DNA of 64,000 nt from an uncultured Gammaproteobacteria bacterium (GCA_964547465.1 CAZJNI010000006.1:2505-66504), one strand, 5' to 3'. Shown: positions 9,077 through 17,610, numbered from the stretch's first letter. Numbers and translations are program-made. The notes: generated from the letters alone by a model not told the origin.

Positions 9077-10072
9077 ATGAGAATTTTGGTTACTGGCGGA
9101 GCCGGGTTTTTAGGGTCTCACCTTTGTGACAAGCTGATAGAGATGGGAAACCAGGTAATATGCGTGGATAATTTAATCACTGGTTCTGAAAAAAATATTG
9201 AACATTTAAAAGGTAATCCCAACTTTGAATTTATAAACCAGGATGTAATTCAGCCAATCTCTATAGATAAGATTGCCACTCCCGCACCAGAATCGGTGCG
9301 GGATCGCAATGACGGTGGGGGGGTAATTGATCAGATTTATCATTTAGCCTCTCCTGCCTCGCCTAATAAAAATAATCCCCAAAGCTACATTGCATATCCT
9401 TTTGAAACAATGCAGGTTAATACCACTGGAACATGGAAGTTAGCAGAGGCAGCTACAAAATTGGGCGCTAAATTTTTATTTGCCTCCACATCAGAGGTTT
9501 ATGGGGATCCCAAAGAACACCCGCAAAAAGAAGTCTATAGGGGAAATGTTTCGACAACCGGTCCCAGGGCAGTTTATGATGAAGCCAAAAGATTCGGGGA
9601 AACCATAGTCTCTTCCTTTGTACGCGAGAAAAATCTGGATGGCAGAATAGTTAGGATTTTTAATACATACGGACCAAGAATGGCAGATGATGGCAGGGTG
9701 GTAATTGAGTTTGTAAAAGCAGCTTTAGAAAATAAGCCTTTTCCTGTTTTTGGGGATGGAAAACAGACAAGGTCATTTTGCTACGTATCTGATTTAACAG
9801 ATGGAATTATTGCGGTTATGGAAAAAGGAGTAAGCGGGGAAATATACAATTTAGGAAATCCAGATGAATTCACAGTATTGGAACTGGCAGAAAAGGTTAA
9901 ACAGTTAACTAATTCCGGCTCAAATCCGGAGTTTGTGGAAGAGTTACCAGAAGATGATCCTCTGAAACGTTGTCCTGATATTACAAAAGCAAAAGATGAA
10001 TTAGGCTGGGAGCCAAAAGTAAGCCTGGAGGAAGGTTTAAAATTACTAATTGCTTCTCTCAAAAGGGTATAA
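9077..10072 (+). CDS. NAD-dependent epimerase/dehydratase, UDP-glucuronate decarboxylase (UXS)-like
   Basis: MRILVTGGAGFLGSHLCDKL Rossmann N-terminus and a YxxxK family; UXS-like throughout. An in-frame insertion sits at 9278-9313. Confidence 0.7.
   Translation: MRILVTGGAGFLGSHLCDKLIEMGNQVICVDNLITGSEKNIEHLKGNPNFEFINQDVIQPISIDKIATPAPESVRDRNDGGGVIDQIYHLASPASPNKNNPQSYIAYPFETMQVNTTGTWKLAEAATKLGAKFLFASTSEVYGDPKEHPQKEVYRGNVSTTGPRAVYDEAKRFGETIVSSFVREKNLDGRIVRIFNTYGPRMADDGRVVIEFVKAALENKPFPVFGDGKQTRSFCYVSDLTDGIIAVMEKGVSGEIYNLGNPDEFTVLELAEKVKQLTNSGSNPEFVEELPEDDPLKRCPDITKAKDELGWEPKVSLEEGLKLLIASLKRV
9278..9313 (-). repeat. RPE-like element (gtcattgcg family, reverse orientation) in-frame in the UXS-like gene
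   Basis: The reverse complement of cccgcaccagaatcggtgcgggatcgcaatgac is gtcattgcgatcccgcaccgattctggtgcggg; it encodes the ATPAPESVRDRNDGG insert. Confidence 0.6.
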
Positions 10073-10829
10073 TCCTTAAAGACACGATAAATTTTGCAAT
10101 CTCATCACCCATAAAAATTAATCCTGCATTTGAAGGGTGGATAAAATCTGAAGTGTTAATATAATCTGCTGACTTATCAAAGGATTTATCAAAAAGATTT
10201 ATCAAAGGGATTTTGTGCTCCCTGGCATATTTGATATGATTTTTTATATAAGCAATTCTTTCATCAGCCCATTTTCCTCTTTCCTCTGTGGTTAAATTAA
10301 CAACTCCTTCTGCGTATCTGTCTCTACTTGGAGCAATAGTTGCCACAAAAAAAATTGCTGCTCTAGGCTTTGCCTCTCTTATAATTTTCAAAGCCTGGCT
10401 CAAAATTTCAGTTTGTTTTTTTAATCCATCATCAAGCGAATATCCTGAAAGGGGATTATTACCAAAAGACTCAATTAAAATTGCATCAAAATCATGGTTT
10501 AATATAGGCATTAGAGTTTCATTGCCTCTTATCGCACCCTTGCCTAATCTATCCGGTAAAGTAAGAATAGAAGTTGAACCAATTCCATAATTTAGAATAT
10601 GAAACTCTTTTTCCGGATAATATTTTCGAATAATAGGTAAGATGGTCTCGCCTGCACCCAGCGCTTGAGTCATGGAATCACCGGCTAAAATTATGGTATA
10701 TTTAGAGGCAGGTTTAGCCTGAATCCCTAAGATATGAGAGTTGGAAAAAAATCTCTCCACAGGCAAAATAATATTTAAGCTGATAAAGAAAAAAAAGGCG
10801 CTACAACAGATGGATGCCAGAATATTCAC
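10059..10829 (-). CDS. SGNH/GDSL-family hydrolase with N-terminal TM anchor
   Basis: ILAGDSMTQALG (GDS block I) plus a hydrophobic N-terminus. Confidence 0.55.
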   Translation of the reverse strand: MNILASICCSAFFFFISLNIILPVERFFSNSHILGIQAKPASKYTIILAGDSMTQALGAGETILPIIRKYYPEKEFHILNYGIGSTSILTLPDRLGKGAIRGNETLMPILNHDFDAILIESFGNNPLSGYSLDDGLKKQTEILSQALKIIREAKPRAAIFFVATIAPSRDRYAEGVVNLTTEERGKWADERIAYIKNHIKYAREHKIPLINLFDKSFDKSADYINTSDFIHPSNAGLIFMGDEIAKFIVSLRIIPF

Positions 10830-10880
10830 GTATCAAGACTAACACAAAAGTCCCACAAAAATGTGGGTTTTTGTTGTTTG

Positions 10881-10953
10881 TACGCCCAGAGGGATTCGGA
10901 CCCCCGGCCTACTCGTTAGAACCGAGTTGCTCTATCCACTGAGCTATGGGCGC
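10881..10953 (-). tRNA. tRNA-Arg(TCT)
   Basis: Manual cloverleaf: GCGCCCA/TGGGCGT acceptor, D-arm GCTCAGTGGATAGAGC, anticodon loop GTTCTAA, T-loop TCCGAAT. 73 nt, no encoded CCA. Confidence 0.8.
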
Positions 10954-10986
10954 ATCTTATGCGACCAGGCGAAGTGGACAAGGTTT

Positions 10987-11013
10987 CCTTATCCACTGAG
11001 CTATGGGCGCATC
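10987..11013 (-). repeat. Partial duplicate of the tRNA-Arg 5' portion (acceptor + D-arm, approx 27 nt)
   Basis: tatccactgagctatgggcgcatctta recurs 56 bp beyond the tRNA 5' end. Confidence 0.6.
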
Positions 11014-11067
11014 TTACATATTTTATCAGGAGGTTGACAAAATAGAAAGATCTTGTTAAGTTATTAA

Positions 11068-11733
11068 ATGATGAAAAAAACTGCTGCTGTTTTAGCCCTA
11101 CTTACTTCAGGTTTACTTCTTACCCAAACCATTTTTGCCAGGGAAGCAACTCCATCAACAACTGCAGTTATCAGAAAAGAAGCAGTCCAACAAAGAATTG
11201 ATACAAGAAAATTGGCATTAGAGGATAAGATGGCTGCATTAAAAGAAAAAATGGCCTCCAGGACAGCAGCTTTAAAAACAAGATTACAAACTTTTAAGGA
11301 TCAGAGAAAAGCCCAGATTGCAGAAAGGGTTAATGCTACTCTTGCAAAAATAAACGAGAACCAAACCAATCAAATGTTGAAATTTTTAAATACAATGACT
11401 TCTATTTTGGATAAGCTGGAAGCAAGAGTTAATCAACCTACACCTGACATTAAGGATCCTGTGAAAGCCAAGCTTGCCATAGCAGATGCCAGAATAACTA
11501 TCGCATCAGCTTCAGCAGCAGTTACTACCCAAGCTCAAAATGATTATCCAATTGAGGCTACATCAGAGGCTAAAATCAGACAGGAAGCACAAGATGCCAG
11601 GAATAATTTGCACACAGATTTGTTAGCTGTCAGGAAATTAGTGATTGATGCAAAACAGGCAGTTGCAAATGCCATCAGGATTGCCAAGTCAGGACCGCCT
11701 ATAAAGGAGGGAACAGCCAGTGGACAACAGTAA
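11068..11733 (+). CDS. Secreted coiled-coil protein (hypothetical)
   Basis: Signal peptide MMKKTAAVLALLTSGLLLTQTIFA; A/K/Q-rich heptad-like sequence. Confidence 0.4.
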   Translation: MMKKTAAVLALLTSGLLLTQTIFAREATPSTTAVIRKEAVQQRIDTRKLALEDKMAALKEKMASRTAALKTRLQTFKDQRKAQIAERVNATLAKINENQTNQMLKFLNTMTSILDKLEARVNQPTPDIKDPVKAKLAIADARITIASASAAVTTQAQNDYPIEATSEAKIRQEAQDARNNLHTDLLAVRKLVIDAKQAVANAIRIAKSGPPIKEGTASGQQ

Positions 11734-12034
11734 TCCAACAAATCCAGCCCCTGCAGCAGCTGCGGTATCACCAGCACCTGCCCTAAATCCGCAGCCAAAT
11801 ATGATGTCAAACAACAAAATGATTTTATGGCTTATTTTAGGATTGGTCATTGTAGTTCTCTTAATCGGGGGAGCATATTTTTACGTTAATAGTCAAAAAG
11901 CCAATGCTCCGGCTGAATCTCAAACACCCCAAACTCAAACTGTAGATAGTTTAGAAAATGATCTAAATTCTGCTGATGCCGGGGATTTGGAGAATGATTT
12001 TGCCCCGGTAGATTCAGATCTGCAAAGCCTCTAA
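11720..12034 (+). CDS. Small single-pass membrane protein (hypothetical)
   Basis: TM helix ILWLILGLVIVVLLIGGAYFYV; overlaps the upstream gene end. Confidence 0.35.
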   Translation: MDNSNPTNPAPAAAAVSPAPALNPQPNMMSNNKMILWLILGLVIVVLLIGGAYFYVNSQKANAPAESQTPQTQTVDSLENDLNSADAGDLENDFAPVDSDLQSL

Positions 12035-12040
12035 GGTTAA

Positions 12041-12889
12041 ATGAAGAAAATAGCGTTGTTCCTGCTACTTTTTATGGGCAGCTTGATTGCTTACTCTTTT
12101 TTTAGTAAGCCCACAACTCATACTTTTATATTCCAAAGGGATACCCTTCAAAAAAGGGTGGAAGATGTTATGGATGGCAGCGATGGCCAGTATGGAATCT
12201 TTATAAAAAACTTAAAGACCGGAGAAACCTATACTAGAAATGAACATCAAATATTTGAGCCAGGCAGCCTTTATAAGGTTTGGCTGATGGGGGCTGTTTT
12301 TGAAAAAGTTAAAGTGGGTGAAATAAAAGAGAGTAATGCGTTAGCGGCAGATGTTGCATCTTTAAACACTGAATTTGAAATAGATCCTGAAAGTGCAGAG
12401 CTTACCGATGGAGTTTTGAATTTTTCCATTTCTTCTGCACTTGAACAGATGATTACCATATCCCACAACTATGCTGCATTGGCTTTAACAAAAAAAGTAG
12501 GGAGGCCTGCAATCACGGATTTTTTAAAAAGTTACGGTTTATCAGACTCATCTTTAGGTACCCCACTTAAAGCAAGTGCATATGATTTTGGCAGGTTATT
12601 TGAAAAGCTCTACATAGGAGAAATTATTGATAAAGAATATTCTCAAAAAATGCTGGATGTTTTAGCAAGACAAAAAATTAATGACCGGATCCCAAAATAT
12701 TTACCAAATGGTACAAAAGTTGCCCATAAAACCGGGGATATTGGTTATGTTGAAAATGATGCGGGAATAGTATTTTCTCCTGCTGGAGACTTCATAATTG
12801 TAGTTTTATCAGAAACCAAGGATGCCAATTTTGCCGGAGATAAAATTGGCAGAATATCAGAAGCTGCTTATAATTATTTTAATAAATAG
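12041..12889 (+). CDS. Class A beta-lactamase-like serine hydrolase
   Basis: S-x-x-K (SLYK), SHN and KTG motifs (HKTGDIG) in class-A order; N-terminal signal/TM. Confidence 0.6.
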   Translation: MKKIALFLLLFMGSLIAYSFFSKPTTHTFIFQRDTLQKRVEDVMDGSDGQYGIFIKNLKTGETYTRNEHQIFEPGSLYKVWLMGAVFEKVKVGEIKESNALAADVASLNTEFEIDPESAELTDGVLNFSISSALEQMITISHNYAALALTKKVGRPAITDFLKSYGLSDSSLGTPLKASAYDFGRLFEKLYIGEIIDKEYSQKMLDVLARQKINDRIPKYLPNGTKVAHKTGDIGYVENDAGIVFSPAGDFIIVVLSETKDANFAGDKIGRISEAAYNYFNK

Positions 12890-12992
12890 TCAAAAAACTG
12901 ATTAGGTCTAAAAAATGCATAAGTATACATAACAAAGTGCAATAACAATCTTTAACGAAGATGTATACTGTAACAAGTAAAATGAAAACTAT

Positions 12993-13829
12993 ATGAATCA
13001 AGAAGCAGCGCAGGTAACTAAAATAGCTATCTTTCGAAATAGGAAAATAAGGAAAACTATTCATAAAAATGAATGGTGGTTTGTAATTGTTGATGTTGTG
13101 GCTGCTTTAACTGATTCAGTTCAGCCGGATGGCTATATAAAAGATATGCGAAGACGTGATCCGGAACTTTCTAAAGGGTGGGGGCAAATTGCCACCCCCC
13201 TTGCAGTTCAAACATCAGGTGGTAGGCAAAAATTAAATTGTGCCAACACAGAAAGTATATTTAGGATTATCCAATCTATACCTTCTCCTAAAGCAGAGCC
13301 TTTTAAATTATGGTTAGCTAAAGTTGGGTATGAAAGGGTGCAGGAGATAGAAGATCCTGAGTTAGCCCAAAAAAGAGCCAGGGCACTCTACAAGGCAAAA
13401 GGGTATCCCGAGGATTGGATAGAAAGACGAATGCGTTCTATTGCCATTAGGGAAGAATTGACCGATGAGTGGCAAAAACACGGTGTAGAACTGGCAAAAG
13501 AGTATGAAATACTAACTGCCGAGATATCTAAAGCCACTTTTGGTGTTACACCATCTGAATATAAGAAAATAAAAGGACTTAAACGTCAAAATCTGCGTGA
13601 TCATATGAGTGATTTGGAACTTTTGTTTTCCCAACTTGGCGAGGCAGCCACCACAGAAATTACCAAAACAGAACACCCTAGAGGGTTTGAGAGAAATAAA
13701 CAAGTCTCAAAGCGTGGTGGTAAAATTGCCGGAGATGCCAGATCTAATTTAGAGAAGGAAACTGGCAGGAAAGTAATAACTTCACAAAATTATTTGCCGA
13801 AGAAGAGAGGTAAAAGGCTACTAAAATAA
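12993..13829 (+). CDS. Bro-N / KilA-N domain protein (phage-associated antirepressor-like)
   Basis: N-terminus FRNRKIRKTIHKNEWWFVIVDVVAALT matches the Bro-N core (R..DGE.WF.AKDVA.AL). Confidence 0.55.
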   Translation: MNQEAAQVTKIAIFRNRKIRKTIHKNEWWFVIVDVVAALTDSVQPDGYIKDMRRRDPELSKGWGQIATPLAVQTSGGRQKLNCANTESIFRIIQSIPSPKAEPFKLWLAKVGYERVQEIEDPELAQKRARALYKAKGYPEDWIERRMRSIAIREELTDEWQKHGVELAKEYEILTAEISKATFGVTPSEYKKIKGLKRQNLRDHMSDLELLFSQLGEAATTEITKTEHPRGFERNKQVSKRGGKIAGDARSNLEKETGRKVITSQNYLPKKRGKRLLK

Positions 13830-13885
13830 AGGGTTATTTACAGAAGTAACAACGATTAGATTTTAGCGAAATTTAAAGACTTTCT

Positions 13886-13935
13886 GAAGCTAAAATCCAC
13901 GAGTTCGATAAAATTTTTATGGAGCCCCTGACGAG
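13886..13935. repeat. Degenerate cassette-boundary repeat (gaagctaaaa..agttcgataaaatt + tRNA-3'-like tggagc...)
   Basis: Similar to 15457-15537; see the tRNA-Gly array finding. Confidence 0.4.
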
Positions 13936-14161
13936 ATCTTAGCCAGACTGCCAGGATTCGTTCAAGAGTTTAGCTCAAATCCTATTTTACCAGATTTTTT
14001 GTATGAATTACAGCCAAAATTAGCCTCAAAAACTGACAGATTGGCCTAGAGTTTTTTCTTTCTATTGCCTCTTATCTATTTTTTCTATTGTTGCGAAGTC
14101 ATTTTTCATGCATAATTATGCATAGTAAAAATCTGAAGAGTATTTACTGAAAAATTAATAT

Positions 14162-15388
14162 ATGAATGATAAAACAGTATATGTACTAGGTGCAGGGTTT
14201 AATCAATTTCTTGAAGATTTTGATGGCACAACACCTCCACTAGCCAGAGATTTCTTTAAAAAAGCCTTTAGTAAACGTAAATTTAATGAGCAAATATATC
14301 TTAACCAAATTAAGGACTTACTGGATTACATAGAACAATATTGGCATCTTGACTTATCAGATCTCAGAAAGGAAGACGTTGATCTTGAAGAAATCTTTAC
14401 CTTAATACAGCTACAAGTTGAAAAGGCAAAGTCAAAAAGAGACTATAAAGAACTAAAAAGACTAATTGAGGTCAGCTTTAAACTTGAGTCTTTCTTTTCA
14501 GAGTTTTTATCAGATTTCGTACCGATAAATCCTCGAAGACCTAGAGGATATTCTTATCTAGTAAAATTCGGAAAATTATTATTGCAGCGTCAACCGACAA
14601 TTATTACTTTCAACTACGATACTTTGCTAGAAGAGGGTATTGCATCAGCTTCTGGGGTTACAAATCCTCCTCCTTCTTACCTAACTTTACATCAAAACAC
14701 TTATAAGAAAAGCGAATTGCCTTCATCTATCCTTAAATATTCACATCATAACTGGAATTCTATACTATCTTATGGTTTCAAATTTGACTATGTTCAACTT
14801 CCTCAGGCTGGCCTAACCCAAATCGTTAGTCTGAAACAATATTATGGTGATCAACTTAACAAGCTTTATAAAATGGAAATATTAAAACTCCACGGTTCCC
14901 TAAACTGGATGGAAGTCGCTGGACCGCTAGACAGGAACGCTTGGAGCAACAAGGACCATTTTAGTTGGAAAGATTTCCCAGCAGAGATTCAAAGGAAACA
15001 AGGAGTTATTTATTATCGTGGACATTGGCATTTCGGTAGCCATCCCTTACTTAGTACGTGGTTTCTGAGACCAAAAATCATTACACCTGTTCTCTATAAA
15101 GACTCCTTTTATAATAGACATCCTTTTCCAGACTTATGGAAGAAAGCTTTGCATGCGCTAAAGCAATGCAAACGTTTAATAATTATTGGATATTCTTTCC
15201 CCCAGACAGATTTCTCCACCAAAATGCTTTTTTTAGAGGCATTTTCAGAGAATTTACTAGAAGAGTTAGTACTGGTAAATCCTGATGAATCTGGTGCTGT
15301 TGGGAAAATAGCCAAAAAATTAACACACTTTTCAAAGCCTATTTTCTACAAATCTGCACAAGACTATATACGAAGTCTGGCGTTGTAA
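14162..15388 (+). CDS. SIR2-like (sirtuin/SIR2_2 family) protein, standalone
   Basis: 408 aa. N-terminal VYVLGAGFNQF glycine loop, catalytic-His motif ILKLHGSLNW (sirtuin LHGS), C-terminal IIIGYSFPQTDF (SIR2_2 iGyS..D block). Confidence 0.6.
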   Translation: MNDKTVYVLGAGFNQFLEDFDGTTPPLARDFFKKAFSKRKFNEQIYLNQIKDLLDYIEQYWHLDLSDLRKEDVDLEEIFTLIQLQVEKAKSKRDYKELKRLIEVSFKLESFFSEFLSDFVPINPRRPRGYSYLVKFGKLLLQRQPTIITFNYDTLLEEGIASASGVTNPPPSYLTLHQNTYKKSELPSSILKYSHHNWNSILSYGFKFDYVQLPQAGLTQIVSLKQYYGDQLNKLYKMEILKLHGSLNWMEVAGPLDRNAWSNKDHFSWKDFPAEIQRKQGVIYYRGHWHFGSHPLLSTWFLRPKIITPVLYKDSFYNRHPFPDLWKKALHALKQCKRLIIIGYSFPQTDFSTKMLFLEAFSENLLEELVLVNPDESGAVGKIAKKLTHFSKPIFYKSAQDYIRSLAL

Positions 15389-15498
15389 CCTTCCTCATTC
15401 TTTGAGGTTCGATTCCCCTTAGGGTATAAGGTTATAGGATCGAATTTTGACTAATTTTATCAACTTTCCGAAGCTAAAACTTGTCAGTTCGATAAAAT

Positions 15499-15537
15499 TC
15501 GTCTGAGGCGGGAGACGCAAATTATTCCGAACTCTTT
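15499..15537. repeat. Partial copy of the tRNA-Gly(TCC) 3' end/trailer (cassette boundary)
   Basis: gtctgaggcgggagacgcaaattattccgaactcttt resembles 16059-16100 and the tRNA 3' region at 16771-16790. Confidence 0.5.
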
Positions 15538-15655
15538 GACTGTTTCATTAATAGAATTTAATAAATTCATGCACATGTATCAAGCTGTGAAAGAACAATA
15601 AAGCTATGAAATTGTTTAAGTTCAATTTCCGACAGAATTATTGTACACTTAACTA

Positions 15656-16045
15656 GTGAATAAAAAGAACCTATCTTTAAAAACATACATAAAAGTTATG
15701 TTCAGTTGGATTTTATTTCAGATGGTAATTTTTTTAATCGACATTTCTCTTTATCGAATCGTAGATTATAGCTCATATTTCCATTATATTTGGTCTTTAC
15801 GAATATTATTATTTGCTGTTCTCTTAGGTTTCATTTATAAAAAAGAGAATATCATTTGGGCCAATATTGCTTCTTGGATTGCCATACCCTTATTCTATAT
15901 TACCCTACCATATATTTTGAGAATTTCTAGTGAATCAGTATATGGACCCATATTAATTTTGGGGATTTTTGGTCAAATAGCAGCTATTACGGGAACCCTA
16001 ATAGCAATTTTATTAAGGAAATTAATGATTAATGCTAAACTATGA
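15656..16045 (+). CDS. Small polytopic membrane protein (hypothetical)
   Basis: 129 aa with 3-4 hydrophobic helices. Confidence 0.4.
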   Translation: MNKKNLSLKTYIKVMFSWILFQMVIFLIDISLYRIVDYSSYFHYIWSLRILLFAVLLGFIYKKENIIWANIASWIAIPLFYITLPYILRISSESVYGPILILGIFGQIAAITGTLIAILLRKLMINAKL

Positions 16046-16058
16046 ACTTTACTGCAAC

Positions 16059-16100
16059 TGCCCCGTCTGGAGCGGGAGATGCAAATTATCCCGAACTCTT
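16059..16100. repeat. Partial copy of the tRNA-Gly(TCC) 3' end + trailer
   Basis: ctgccccgtctggagcggga is identical over 20 nt to 16771-16790, which spans the real tRNA 3' end. Confidence 0.6.
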
Positions 16101-16206
16101 TTTTCTACAGATCTTAATCCATTTTAGAAGGTTAATGGAAGCTTACCAATCTCAAGTGGATGAAAATGAGCTTGATTCTTTACCAATTACCTGATATTTT
16201 TTTCTT

Positions 16207-16713
16207 ATGAGGGTTAATTACTTAGGAAAGAAAATAAGATTAGCACTTAAGAAAGCATCCACAATTGAAGACGTGCTTGATATTACGAGGCTACTTATAA
16301 CTCAGATTAAAATTGAAGATCCCAAAGCAAAAATTGGCTATGTTTCTGGTAAGGTTACTGCTGATGGAAAAGACAGAATTCCCCATAATCTGAAAAGAAT
16401 GCATAAATTTACGAGAAAACTTAAAGAAATTCACGGAGAACAAATCTTTTCTGCAGCTGATATTTTTAGTGATATCGTCTACTGGAAAATAAATCTTCCT
16501 AGACCAATACACGAAAAGGATTTTTATAATTTTTGGAGAAAAATTGTAAGTAGTGGGGTAACTGATATTTATATGACCCCAGAATGGGAAAGATCTCATG
16601 GAGCTAAAGATGAACATAAGATAGCAAAAACATTAAATATTAATATTCATTATATAGTTTTTGAAGAGACGGGAATCGAACTCCAGATTGAACCTAAAGT
16701 TAGAAGGAGATAG
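16207..16713 (+). CDS. Hypothetical protein (possibly Rossmann-like, nucleoside 2-deoxyribosyltransferase/DUF4406-like)
   Basis: 168 aa; IGYVSGKVTADG and TPEWERSHGAKDE segments. Assignment is weak. Confidence 0.35.
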   Translation: MRVNYLGKKIRLALKKASTIEDVLDITRLLITQIKIEDPKAKIGYVSGKVTADGKDRIPHNLKRMHKFTRKLKEIHGEQIFSAADIFSDIVYWKINLPRPIHEKDFYNFWRKIVSSGVTDIYMTPEWERSHGAKDEHKIAKTLNINIHYIVFEETGIELQIEPKVRRR

Positions 16714-16778
16714 GAGAATTCAATGAAATTAATACTATTTCAGGAAAAATTTGAGGCTAGCTACTTAGCTGCCCCGTC

Positions 16779-16853
16779 TGGAGCGGGATAGGGGAATCGG
16801 ACCCCTTACGTCCACTTTGGAAAAGTGGCATTCTACCGGTGAATTAATCCCGC
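16779..16853 (-). tRNA. tRNA-Gly(TCC), CCA encoded
   Basis: GCGGGAT acceptor, anticodon loop TTTCCAA, T-arm AGGGG-TCCGATT-CCCCT, 3' ATCCCGC-T-CCA. 75 nt. Confidence 0.8.
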
Positions 16854-16945
16854 AAGTATAAAAAATTAGGCTTTAAATTAGCAACAACCTGGTTTCATAA
16901 CTTACATATTTTAACCAAAATCAGATTTTTTAACAAGGATTGGAG

Positions 16946-17545
16946 TTAAACTTTTTGAGTTGCTGTCCCAAGTATCTCTAGCTGTTCAGACAAATCAGAT
17001 AACTGATATTTGGCAAGATCAATACCGTTTTTTTGAGCAATTACCAATCCTTGGATAATTTTTCTGGCCCTGACTGCATCTTTAGTACTTAAATATCCTA
17101 TATCTACAGAATTTTCAGTAAATCCTACATCCACAATTTTCAGGGTAGAAAAAAGTAAGCCAGTCTCAACCACCACATCTGATACATCCTTAATATATAC
17201 ACTATGAATATGGCTGGAAAAGAAAAAATACCTATAAATAATATTTACTTTATTTATGTCAACCACCACCTCATCCGGAAAAGGATTCAAGGGGATGATA
17301 GTTCTTATTTTGATAAGTGGTTTTTGCGAATTTTCCACTAGATCATTAAGCTTTTCTGTATCAGTTACTTTCTCATCAGGAGGACTATGATTAGGCGGAT
17401 CTAGATTCTTTCTCAAAATATCTCCTTCAGTTACTTCACGATCTAAAATAAGCCTTCTATAAGGTAAGCTTAAATATTTGGCCTGAAAACCAGTTCTTAG
17501 GTGTTGATCTTTCTCCTCAAGTTGTCCGTCTGTTTGAGGTATCAT
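16946..17545 (-). CDS. Hypothetical protein
   Basis: 199-aa ORF; no recognisable motifs. Confidence 0.4.
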   Translation of the reverse strand: MIPQTDGQLEEKDQHLRTGFQAKYLSLPYRRLILDREVTEGDILRKNLDPPNHSPPDEKVTDTEKLNDLVENSQKPLIKIRTIIPLNPFPDEVVVDINKVNIIYRYFFFSSHIHSVYIKDVSDVVVETGLLFSTLKIVDVGFTENSVDIGYLSTKDAVRARKIIQGLVIAQKNGIDLAKYQLSDLSEQLEILGTATQKV

Positions 17546-17610
17546 GATTTTTCCATACTCTCATTTATGGATAAGATTTTTGCGAAGTTCTGGTAAGAAT
17601 TTTGCAAGTA

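Noticed and set aside
10840-10880. Hairpin cccacaaaaatgtggg + T-tract as a terminator
   Set aside because: It sits on the plus strand, but both flanking genes (the SGNH start and tRNA-Arg) are on the minus strand, so its function is unclear and it is not called.
15402-15428. tRNA T-arm-like string gaggttcgattcccc right after the SIR2-like stop
   Set aside because: It shares a 12-mer with the tRNA-Leu(TAG) T-arm, but no acceptor or anticodon arms are present, and its orientation is opposite to the tRNA-Gly-derived repeats. It could be chance.
12993-16853. Integrase/recombinase for the tRNA-Gly array
   Set aside because: None of the cassette ORFs shows tyrosine- or serine-recombinase motifs, so the mobility mechanism cannot be assigned from this window.
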